From an uncultured Acidimicrobiia bacterium (GTDB lineage: Bacteria > Actinomycetota > Acidimicrobiia > IMCC26256 > JAENVU01): DNA of 64,000 nucleotides. How positions within the stretch are numbered: the first letter of the stretch is position 1; each line of letters begins with the position of its first letter. Below the pieces are notes generated by a model that worked only from the letters and a program-made list of their open reading frames with translations, ran no database searches and was not told where the DNA came from. Shown here in pieces: positions 48,365-56,753 of this stretch. Position numbers and translations under genes: made by a program. The DNA is taken from the NCBI GenBank assembly GCA_963756815.1, contig CAVWPR010000015.1, positions 76 to 64,075 on the forward strand, written 5' to 3'.

Positions 48365-48912
48365 GCGCGGCCAGGATCCGCTCGACCGTCGACCACGCCC
48401 GGCTCGTGACCCGCGTGCCGATGACGCGCTCGATCAGCCCGCCGGGCCCTCGACTCGTCCCGTCCGCCTTTCGCGCCGCGACGCTGAAGAGCTCGCGTCC
48501 CGCCGCGGCGAACACCACGAGGTCGCGCGCCGGGCTCCAGATCGGCAGCTCGAGCGCCGGCGGCGGACCGGGAAGGAACGACACGACGCGTTCGTGCGCG
48601 CCCCGAAGCGGCGCGGCCGCGAACGCCTCGAGCTCACGCAACGCGACGAGCTCGGTCAGCGACCGCACGAAGACCTCGGTCGGCCGATCGACCACGCGGG
48701 CGATCGAGTTCTCGATCGCCGCCGTCATGCGCGCGAGCTCAGAGGGGGCTGCCGTGAACGACACGTTGCCCGTGGTGATGTACGACTGCACGTCGGTGGC
48801 GCCCGCCGCGCCGAAGAGCGTCGAGCAGCGTCGCGCGGTGCAGTCCCCGCCGTCCCAGCATCACGGCCCGGATGAAGGCCACGTAGGGCTGCGGTGCCCG
48901 GCGCGCGGTCAC
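48357..48912 (-). pseudogene. DUF1697 family protein; +1 frame change around 48812-48826
   Basis: The N-terminus (GTG about 48912, ..PQPYVAFIRAVMLGRRGLHRATLLDA) is in the frame of ORF 48739..48948. The continuation LFGAAGATDVQSYITTGNVSF.. is in ORF 48357..48791. Confidence 0.75.
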
Positions 48913-49127
48913 GGGTACGGGCAGTGGCGGCAGCCGCTCGCACAGCACTCGCCGCGCGCGCGGTGGTGGGCGGCCGTGAACACGAACAGACCCGTGTCCG
49001 GGTCCTCGTACCCGGGCTCGCCGGCGGTCACCGCCGCCGCATGACGGGTGAGCACCTCAGCACGCGCCGAGGCGGGCAGGCGCTCGGGATGGCGACCGGT
49101 GTCGATGGCATCGGACATCCCAACCAC
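48909..49127 (-). CDS. small Cys-rich protein (DUF5522-like, C-terminal CC-x3-C-x2-C)
   Basis: 72 aa ending ..GLFVFTAAHHRARGECCASGCRHCPYP. Its stop overlaps the GTG of the DUF1697 gene. Confidence 0.6.
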   Translation of the reverse strand: MVGMSDAIDTGRHPERLPASARAEVLTRHAAAVTAGEPGYEDPDTGLFVFTAAHHRARGECCASGCRHCPYP

Positions 49128-49211
49128 CCTCGCACGCGGCGGCGCGCCGGAGGGCGGCGCGACGCCGAATCGTCGGCGTCACCGCGCGATCGCCCCTACC
49201 CTTCCGGCCCG

Positions 49212-50043
49212 ATGAACCTGACGGGACGCATCCGGGACGCGGACCTGACGAACAGCGAGCGCCGCGTGGCCGACCTCGTCCTCGACGACCCGAGCCGGCT
49301 CGCCTTCGGCTCGGTGGCGTCGGTCGCGACCGACGCCGGCGTCGGCAACTCCACCGTCATGCGCTTCGCGAGCAGGGTCGGGTTCGCCGGATTCCGCGAG
49401 CTCCAGGACGCGGCTCGCGCCGAGATGGGCGGTCGCGTGCGACAGGCGACGCACCGCGTGCGTCAACCGGCGGCCGGCGATCCGGTGGAACGGGCGCGCG
49501 AGATCGAGGTCACCAACGTGGGTGAGACCTTCGCCCGGATCGATCCGTCGGTGGCCGACGCGGCCGCGGACGGCCTCGCGCGCGCCGGTCGCGTCGCGGT
49601 GCTCGCCGGCGACGCCGCGCGGGGTCGCGCAGGACTTCGCCACCCAGCTCGGCATGGTGCGCGACGGCATCGAGTCCGCCGAGGTCGGATCGATCGCCCT
49701 GAGCCGCAGCCTCGCGTGGCTCGAACGCGGCGACGTGCTCGTGGCGCTCGACACGGCCCGGTACGAGCGGAGCATCGCGACGGCAGTGGAACGGGCGGCG
49801 GCCGAGGGCGTCCGCATCCTCGCGGTCTCCGACTCGCACGTCTCCCCGATCGCGCGTCAGGCGACGTGGTCGTTCCAGGTCGTCGACACCGGCGCGGGCC
49901 CGTTCGACAGCTTCGTCGCCGCGCTCGCGCTCACCAACCTGCTCGTGACGCTCGTGACCCGCCGGCTCGGCCGGCGCGCGGTCCGCCACATCGATCGCCT
50001 CGACGCCGCCTGGGACGCGACCGACGTCCTCCGCCCCGACTGA
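49212..50043 (+). pseudogene. RpiR/MurR family regulator (HTH plus SIS domain); +1 frame change at GGGG 49621-49624
   Basis: The HTH part from ATG 49212 (..LTNSERRVADLVLDDP..VATDAGVGNSTVMRFASRVGFAGFRELQ) is in ORF 48894... The SIS part (VAQDFATQLGMVRDG..VLVALDTARYE..ILAVSDSHVSPIA) is in ORF 49522..50043. Confidence 0.85.
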
Positions 50044-50163
50044 CCCGCCCCGCTCCCCCGAATTGGTGCGCAGAGGAGCGCATCTTCACGTCATTCTGCG
50101 CGTCGGTTCGCCGGAGCCGGTATATCTGTACCGGGATTGGGCCACACCAGGTACGATCATGCC

Positions 50164-51021
50164 GTGCCCGAGCCGACCGTCCACCCGGCGATCCCGACCC
50201 TGCCCGACGTCGAGCGCGCCGCGACCGCGCTGGGAGCCGGTGTCGCGTCGGGCGCGGTGCTCGTCCGAGGACTCGACATCGGTACCCCCGGACCCACCCC
50301 GGCGGCGATGCGCCCGGCGCATCTCGGATCGCGATCGGCCGGGTCGCTCCTCGCCGCCGCTGGCCGCCTCGGGCACCCCGTGGGCTACGTCCAGGAGCAC
50401 GGCGGGCGGGTGGTCCAGAACATCTACCCGCTCGCGGAATCCGTCGGCCAACAGATCTCGACCTCCTCGGACGTCCCGCTCGCCTTCCACACCGAGACCG
50501 CGTTCCACCCACACAAGTCGCACTTCCTGCTCCTGCTCTGCCTCCGCGGCGATCCCGGCGCCGCGACCGAGCTCTGCAGCGTCGACGCGGTCGTCCCACA
50601 TCTGAGCGCCGGGGTGGTCCGCGCGCTCGAGCAGCCGCGGTTCCGAACCGGCGTGGACCTGTCATTCGGTCGTGGCGACGGCTGGACGACCGCGCCCGGT
50701 CCGGTGCTCGCACGCACCGCGGGCGGAACCCGCACGCTGACCTACGACGGCGAGCTCACCATCGGAACCGACGCGGACTCCGGCGCGGCGCTCGCGGATC
50801 TCGCCGACGCGATCGCGTCGACGTCCACGTCGATCGTCCTCGACGCCGGCGACCTGCTGATCGTCGACAATCGCCGTGCCGTCCACGGTCGTTCGCAGTT
50901 CCGGGCGCGTTTCGACGGCACCGACCGGTGGCTGCAACGCACGTTCGTCGTGGACGACCTCGCCGCAATCACCGACCGGCGGGGATCGGTGATCACGACC
51001 CGCTTCTCGGCCGCCGCCTGA
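50164..51021 (+). CDS. clavaminate-synthase-like Fe(II)/2OG oxygenase (VioC/AsnO-type amino-acid hydroxylase family)
   Basis: Within ORF 50137..51021. Has the HxE facial-triad motif in LAFHTETAFHPHKSHFLLLLCLRGD and the distal His/Arg in VDNRRAVHGR. The start may be GTG 50164 or TTG 50137. Confidence 0.8.
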   Translation: MPEPTVHPAIPTLPDVERAATALGAGVASGAVLVRGLDIGTPGPTPAAMRPAHLGSRSAGSLLAAAGRLGHPVGYVQEHGGRVVQNIYPLAESVGQQISTSSDVPLAFHTETAFHPHKSHFLLLLCLRGDPGAATELCSVDAVVPHLSAGVVRALEQPRFRTGVDLSFGRGDGWTTAPGPVLARTAGGTRTLTYDGELTIGTDADSGAALADLADAIASTSTSIVLDAGDLLIVDNRRAVHGRSQFRARFDGTDRWLQRTFVVDDLAAITDRRGSVITTRFSAAA

Positions 51022-51128
51022 GCCCACACTGAGGATGCGGCCCGGTGCGGAACCCGCTCCGCACCGGGCGACGTTGCGATGTCGGCGAGACTTGACCGGC
51101 GCACGTGCGCACCACAGGAGCAGGTGAC

Positions 51129-51921
51129 ATGACCGACGAACCGACCAGCGAATCGAGTCCCGAGGCCCCCCTGCCGCCGCCCGCGGCCGAGACACCCCCG
51201 CGGCCGAGCACCGACCGCAGCCGACACACCGACCGCAGCCGAGGCGCCGCCGTCGGCCGAGACACCGACCACACCCGTCGCGAGCGTCCCTGTCGATGAG
51301 CCCACCGAGGCGGCACCGGTGACGCCGACGACGACCTCCACCACGGATGCGCCCCGACGCAAGGGCGTCCTCGTGCCCGTCTGGGCGCTCGTGACGGTCG
51401 CGGGACTGCTGCTGATCGTCGCCAGCGGCCTCGTGGGGTACGCGATCGGTCGCCACGACGACGGCGACGGGCGGACCGTGCGCGCCGGCGGATTCCAGCT
51501 GCCCGAGCGCCAGCTGCCACCCGGGTTCGGTCCGTTCGGCAACGGCTCCAACGGCAACGGCAGCAACGGGAACGGCAACGGCTCCAACGGCAACGGGAAC
51601 GGGAACAACGGGAACGGCAACGGTGGGTCGACGACGGACAACGGTGCGTTCCTCGGCGTGGCCGTGCAGGACTCCGCGAACCCGCGTGGGGCCGAGCTCG
51701 TGCGCGTCGTCGCCGGCAGCCCGGCCGCAGACGCGGGATTGAAGACCGGTGACGTCGTGACCGCAGTCGACGGCAAGGCCGTCACCGGCGCCGCGTCGCT
51801 CACCACCCAGATCCGTGCCCACTCGAGCGGCGACGAGGTGCGAATCACGTACCAGCGTGACGGCTCGAGCAGCACCGTGAGGGTCACGCTCGGCGACCGG
51901 ACGCCGACGAGCACCCAGTAG
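51129..51921 (+). pseudogene. membrane-anchored PDZ-domain protein with low-complexity linker; +1 frame change at CCCCC 51195-51199
   Basis: ATG 51129 has an AGGAG upstream and gives MTDEPTSESSPEAPLPPPAAETPP. The next frame continues APTAADTPTAAEAPPSAETPTTP.. into ORF 51319..51921. That ORF contains a TM segment, an (N-G)n stretch and a PDZ domain (GAFLGVAVQD..GAELVRVVAGSPAADAGLKTGDVVTAVDG). Confidence 0.8.
51538..51627 (+). repeat. in-frame hexanucleotide microsatellite (AACGGN)n encoding GNGSNGNGSNGNGNGSNGNGNGNNGNGNGG
   Basis: Read directly from the sequence. It is an imperfect tandem of AACGGC / AACGGG / AGCAAC units inside the PDZ protein gene. Confidence 0.9.
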
Positions 51922-52054
51922 CGCGGCGCTGCGCGACCGCGCCGCCTCACCCTCCGGGGTGTGCCGGCGAGCCGCGTCCCGTCGCCGCCCGCGGACGAAC
52001 GCCGCGTGCGATCCGTCTAGTGTTCCCGCACGTCGTCGACTGGGGGAAACGACC

Positions 52055-53572
52055 GTGCGCAACACTCGCCGGACTGCGATCGCCGTCCTGATCCTGATTC
52101 CTGCTCTGATCGGCCTCGCCGGCTGCACCCGCTTCGGCGCGACGCTGACCCGGCCGTCCGACCCGGTCGTCCTGTCCGGCAGCGCACTCCCGAAGCTGCT
52201 CGGCGGCGACCCCATGCACGTCGTGGGCTTCGCGTGGGACGGCACGACCTGGCACCAGGTCCCGGTCCAGGTCGACGAGCGCGACCTGGTCAACCCCGGG
52301 CTGATCTACCACCGGCCGACCAACGTCTGGCCGGTCCTGTCCGGGACCTCGACGCCGTACACGATGCTCGTGTACACGCCGCCGGCCCACCTCACCGCCG
52401 GCTACACGTCGAGCGCCACCTATACGCCCAGCGACTCGAACCCGACGTTCGACGGCAACGACGAGCTGTCGTTCCTCGCCAACGACAGCGGCAAGCAGGC
52501 CGGCGGCGGCGTGACCGCGCCGGCCGGTGTCGACGCGAGCACGCGTGAAGAGGTGAAGGCCACCGACCCGCTCACGAACGGCGCCGGCGTCGGCTACGTC
52601 TACCTCTTCCACAGCGCGACGCTCACCGGTGGCAGCGCCGGGACCACCGGCGTCAATTACACGTTCAGCCTGGACTCGGGCGACTACCGCGCCACGTACC
52701 AGATGGGTTCGGCATCGCTCGCGCCGAACAACACGTGGGGCTTCAACCCCGAGCACTCCACCGTCGTCACACCCGCGTACCGCGAGCAGTTCGGCGACCG
52801 CTGGCTCAACAACGGCCTCGCCGTGACCGCGGGCAACGCGTCGGGGGCGCCGATCCTCGAGCGCACCCACTTCTACGCGACCGGCGTCGGGTGCGGCCGG
52901 TCCGAGGACACCTTCGACGGTGGGGCGAGCAACCCCGGCGAGGGCGCGTTCATCGTGAACCTCTCCGGACCCGTCCGCGCCATCCGCTCGTACCTCGGCG
53001 CGAACAGCTACCTGTACACCGCCAACACCCACTTCTTCTATCCGGAGCGCGAGGACCTCGTCACCGACGTGCGCGGCCACGCAGGCATGCCCGGCTACGG
53101 CAGCGCCGACGACTACGTGACCGGCACCTCGGGGCTGAAGTACTCGGACCCCGAGAACACGAACATCGCGATCGACGGCACCCCCGACGCGGTCACGCCG
53201 ATCGGGTACGTCACCGGCGCCGCGGCGCCCGCGTTGTGGCAGATGGTCTCCGGCGCGCAGGGCAGCGTCGTCACGGTGCGCAGCCTCGACACCGACATGT
53301 CCGGCCTGAACGTCACCACCGTGTACCAGGACCGCAACCCGGCGTCGCCGGCGCAGTGCACCGGTGACGCGGCCGCGTGGGGCCAGAACGGCACCAACCT
53401 CACGTCGCCGGTCAACAACGTCCCCGTGACCGACCCCACCCTTTCGAGCACGCCCGGGAAGCTGGTGGTCCACCAGTCGCGCCTCTTCCGCGGCGCGAAC
53501 CTGTCGACGGCGGACGCTGCGACGCTCGAGACCCAGGTCCGGACCCCGGTCACCGTCACCGTCGCGGGCTAG
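52055..53572 (+). CDS. secreted lipoprotein, unknown function
   Basis: GTG 52055 has a GGGGGA upstream and gives VRNTRRTAIAVLILIPALIGLAGC (lipobox). It is followed by a soluble domain of about 480 aa with no motif I recognise. Confidence 0.75.
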   Translation: MRNTRRTAIAVLILIPALIGLAGCTRFGATLTRPSDPVVLSGSALPKLLGGDPMHVVGFAWDGTTWHQVPVQVDERDLVNPGLIYHRPTNVWPVLSGTSTPYTMLVYTPPAHLTAGYTSSATYTPSDSNPTFDGNDELSFLANDSGKQAGGGVTAPAGVDASTREEVKATDPLTNGAGVGYVYLFHSATLTGGSAGTTGVNYTFSLDSGDYRATYQMGSASLAPNNTWGFNPEHSTVVTPAYREQFGDRWLNNGLAVTAGNASGAPILERTHFYATGVGCGRSEDTFDGGASNPGEGAFIVNLSGPVRAIRSYLGANSYLYTANTHFFYPEREDLVTDVRGHAGMPGYGSADDYVTGTSGLKYSDPENTNIAIDGTPDAVTPIGYVTGAAAPALWQMVSGAQGSVVTVRSLDTDMSGLNVTTVYQDRNPASPAQCTGDAAAWGQNGTNLTSPVNNVPVTDPTLSSTPGKLVVHQSRLFRGANLSTADAATLETQVRTPVTVTVAG

Positions 53573-53591
53573 GTCACCGGTTCGCCGTCTG

Positions 53592-53616
53592 CCGTCGAGC
53601 ACGACACCCTCGACGG
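53592..53616 (+). terminator. candidate terminator hairpin (8-bp stem CCGTCGAG/CTCGACGG, 9-nt loop)
   Basis: Perfect inverted repeat 20 nt after the lipoprotein stop, with no U-tract. Confidence 0.4.
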
Positions 53617-53865
53617 ACGAACGGGCCCGAACGGCGTATTCCGGACAATGACCGACTCCAGCCTCACGCGTCACTATCGTGTCAGCGACGTCGACGCTTC
53701 GGGGCAGTAGCGCGAACGTGAGAGGAACGAACTCCGCCGCCGGCACTGCGCTCTCCTCCCGGCCCTGATCCCATCGACACCGAGCCGTCGCCACGGTCGG
53801 TCGACTCCCGACCGCGGCGCACGATCGCCCCCGAACGGGGGTGGGATGCCCAAGGAGGGCCAGAC

Positions 53866-54279
53866 ATGAAAATGCGATCAGGTTGGGTGACGTTCGCGGG
53901 GGTGATGATCTTCGTGCTCGGAGTCCTCAACGCGTTCGACGGTCTCGTTGCCATCACGCAGACCCGGTACATCGAGCGCAACATCGGTGGCGAGCTGCCG
54001 ATCACCAACAACGTCAAGAACTGGGGTTGGGGCGCCCTGATCCTCGGGGTCCTGTTGATCCTCATCGCGCTCGGCATCTTCTCGGGCGCGACGTGGGCCC
54101 GGGTGGCGGGCATCGTGCTCGTCGGTATCAACCTGCTGTTCCAGTTCGCGTACCTCGGCCACTATCCGTTCTGGTCGTTGACGATGATCGCGATCGACAT
54201 CGTGGTGATCTTCGCGTTGGCGGGTGCCACCGGCGACGGTGCCTATCCGGACGACGGCTCGTACTCGAGCACCACCTGA
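53866..54279 (+). CDS. small 4-TM membrane protein (DUF308/HdeD-like topology)
   Basis: 137 aa with AAGGAGG upstream. Four hydrophobic segments with Trp/Gly-rich loops. Confidence 0.75.
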   Translation: MKMRSGWVTFAGVMIFVLGVLNAFDGLVAITQTRYIERNIGGELPITNNVKNWGWGALILGVLLILIALGIFSGATWARVAGIVLVGINLLFQFAYLGHYPFWSLTMIAIDIVVIFALAGATGDGAYPDDGSYSSTT

Positions 54280-54300
54280 CGAACACCCGGCGCGACCGCG

Positions 54301-54326
54301 CCGGCCGCGACTCGCGTCGCGGCCGG
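54301..54326 (+). terminator. strong GC hairpin (11-bp stem CCGGCCGCGAC/GTCGCGGCCGG, loop TCGC)
   Basis: Perfect inverted repeat 22 nt after the stop at 54279. Its arms are shared with two neighbouring alternative hairpins (54287-54304 and 54322-54338). Confidence 0.5.
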
Positions 54327-54496
54327 CGCGGTGCCGGCACGCTGCTCGACACGGTCGACGCAGCCACAGGGGCCGCCACGGTCCCACGGACCTCCATCCC
54401 GGGATCACGTCGGGCGCGCCGTAATGTTCCGCCCGACCGTGTCACCGATCGACCGCGCACCACGACGGGGTCGTCACGCGAGAAGGGGCAGGACGG

Positions 54497-55210
54497 ATGA
54501 GCGAGGGTTTGTGGGGAACGCTGCTCGTCCTCATCCTCACGGCCGCGGCCTCACCGTTCAGCCTCGTGGCGTTCAGCCTCGTCCTCGCGACCGACCGTGG
54601 ACCGAAGAACGGCATCTGGTTCATCGCCGGCTGGATCGTCACCGTGGTCGCCATCTGCATGATCTCGGTTGCGATCGGGAGCGCGGTGACCTCGTCCGAC
54701 AGCTCGGGGACCACGAGCGACGTCACGCTGGGAATCCAGATCGCGCTCGGTGCGGTGCTGCTGACGATGTGGGTGCGGCGCCGGGTCCGCGCTCGCATGG
54801 CCCTGCCCGAACCGACCGCACTCGAGGTCGACGCGATCACCGAATCGGCACCGGACAAGCCCGAGCCGGCATGGCGGCGCCGGATCGCGACCATGAAGGG
54901 TCCCGGCGCGTTCGTCATGGGCGGCGCGACCCAGACCTGGCCCGTGATGATCGCGGGTGGTGCCGAGATCGCGAAGGCCGACCTGAGCACCGCGGACGCA
55001 CTGCTCGTGAGCATCCTGTTCGCGGTCCTCACCACCGCGGGCATCGTCGCGCTCGAGATCCTCGCCTGGCGCAACCCCGGGACGGCCGCCGAACGGCTCC
55101 GTCGCATCGAGGACTACGTCGCCAGCCACCGCGACACGGTGATGAGCTGGATCCTGCTCCTGTGCGGCCTCTACCTGCTCGGCAAGGGCATCTACGGACT
55201 GGTCGCGTGA
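54497..55210 (+). CDS. GAP (Sap-like) family membrane protein
   Basis: 237 aa with six TM segments and a central charged loop. The family assignment is from memory of the overall pattern only. Confidence 0.65.
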   Translation: MSEGLWGTLLVLILTAAASPFSLVAFSLVLATDRGPKNGIWFIAGWIVTVVAICMISVAIGSAVTSSDSSGTTSDVTLGIQIALGAVLLTMWVRRRVRARMALPEPTALEVDAITESAPDKPEPAWRRRIATMKGPGAFVMGGATQTWPVMIAGGAEIAKADLSTADALLVSILFAVLTTAGIVALEILAWRNPGTAAERLRRIEDYVASHRDTVMSWILLLCGLYLLGKGIYGLVA

Positions 55211-55220
55211 CGCAGATCGA

Positions 55221-56639
55221 TCAGGCGGCGGTGAGCCCGTCGTCGGCCACCAGATCTCCGGCCTCGATCGCGGCCACCACCGTCGCGTAGTCGCGGTCGT
55301 TCTGGTCGGCGTAGTCGCCGGCGAAGCTCGCGATCGCGCGGTCGAAGACGGCACCGTTGCCGAGGTAGGCGGCGATCGCGATCCGGTCGCCGGATCGGGC
55401 ATGGGCACGCGCCAGCGTCGAGCCGCACATCCGGCCGAAGCCCTCGAGCACCTCGGGCTCCATCAGCTCGATCTGCGGGCTCAGCTTCCCGTCCCAGAGC
55501 TGCCGCACGTAGAAGTCGCGCGCCTGGCCCGTCGCGTCCTCGGCGCGATCCCAGCCGAGGAAGATGTCGCTCGACGACTGCGTGAGCCGTTGACCCTCCA
55601 CGACCCGACGACCGTGGTTGTTGTACGCGCTCTTGCCGCAGTACGGCTCGAGCACCGACGCCTCCGCCTCCTTGATCTGGAGGAACAGGGGATCAGTCTC
55701 GTCGCGGCCCTGCATGTAGGCGATCCAGCACCGGGTGCCGACGCTGCCGACGCCCACGACCTTGCGTGCCATGTCCATGATCTCGAACGACTCGAGCAGG
55801 ATGCGTCGATCCGGCTGCAGGCTCTGGCGGTAGCCCCGGAACCACTCGCGGAGCAGGTCCATCATCTTCTCGGCCTCCGCGCCCGGGACGAGCTCGTCGA
55901 TCCGCACGATCAGCGGCGGATCGCTCACGATCCGACGCCGGTCGCCGTCCACGGCCGTGAGCTTGGCCAGGGCGCGCACACTGTCCTTGCTGCGCGCCTT
56001 GCTCAAGCTCTTCTGGAAGCGCTTCATCGCGCTCGCAGGCACCTGAGCCCCGAACACCTCAAGGACGTCGGTCTCGTCGAGCCGCTGGTACCAGAGGTCC
56101 AGGTTTCGCATTGCCGCGAACTCACGCATGGACGCGCGGTAGGCGCGAGCGGTCTCCTCCACGATCCTCGTCCGAACGGTGTCGTCGAACTCGCGCGCCC
56201 GGGCCGCGATCTCGAAGCTCGTCACGAGCCGCTTCACGTCCCACTCCCACGGACCCGGGTTCGTCTCGTCGAAGTCGTTGATGTCGAACACCATCGTGCG
56301 GTCGGGCGCGGCGAACCCACCGAAGTTCGCGAGGTGTGCGTCACCGCAGGCCTGGACCCGGACGCCCGACTTCGGGGTCGTGGCGAGGTCCGCCGCCATG
56401 ATCGCGGCCGCACCGCGGTAGAACGCGAACGGCGACGTCGTCATGCGCGCGTGCCGGATCGGCACGAGCTCCGAGACCCTCGTCGCCGCCTGCTGCTGGA
56501 GCACCTCGACCGGACCGGTACGCGTCGCCGCGGGTGACCATTCACCGTGGGACGACCGTGGCACCGCCGCTCGGGCGGCACGGCCGACTTCGGCGCGCGC
56601 TTCGGGGGACGGGTGCTGCACGACTCTCGGCGTGGGCAT
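55221..56639 (-). CDS. DUF2252 domain protein
   Basis: 472 aa. Has ..LVPIRHARMTTSPFAFYRGAAAIMAADLA..VQACGDAHLANFGGFAAPDRTMVFDINDFDET.., which is characteristic of DUF2252. Confidence 0.85.
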   Translation of the reverse strand: MPTPRVVQHPSPEARAEVGRAARAAVPRSSHGEWSPAATRTGPVEVLQQQAATRVSELVPIRHARMTTSPFAFYRGAAAIMAADLATTPKSGVRVQACGDAHLANFGGFAAPDRTMVFDINDFDETNPGPWEWDVKRLVTSFEIAARAREFDDTVRTRIVEETARAYRASMREFAAMRNLDLWYQRLDETDVLEVFGAQVPASAMKRFQKSLSKARSKDSVRALAKLTAVDGDRRRIVSDPPLIVRIDELVPGAEAEKMMDLLREWFRGYRQSLQPDRRILLESFEIMDMARKVVGVGSVGTRCWIAYMQGRDETDPLFLQIKEAEASVLEPYCGKSAYNNHGRRVVEGQRLTQSSSDIFLGWDRAEDATGQARDFYVRQLWDGKLSPQIELMEPEVLEGFGRMCGSTLARAHARSGDRIAIAAYLGNGAVFDRAIASFAGDYADQNDRDYATVVAAIEAGDLVADDGLTAA

Positions 56640-56753
56640 GGGTTGGTCCGCTCCTCGCTCGCCGATCCGTCGCCCGGATCCTGCTCCCGGCGTCGTCGAA
56701 TCGGCGGCGCCGGGACTCTAACCACCGCCGCCGAGCATCGTCCGAGCGGGTGA

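Noticed and set aside
273-51199. Programmed +1 ribosomal frameshifting as the explanation for the broken genes
   Set aside because: The junctions share no common slippery or stop-codon context of the prfB type. The affected genes are functionally unrelated. Fifteen programmed events in 64 kb has no precedent.
51538-51627. Possible CRISPR-like or non-coding tandem repeat
   Set aside because: The unit is 6 nt with no spacers. It is in frame inside a gene and encodes an Asn-Gly linker. There are no cas genes in the window.
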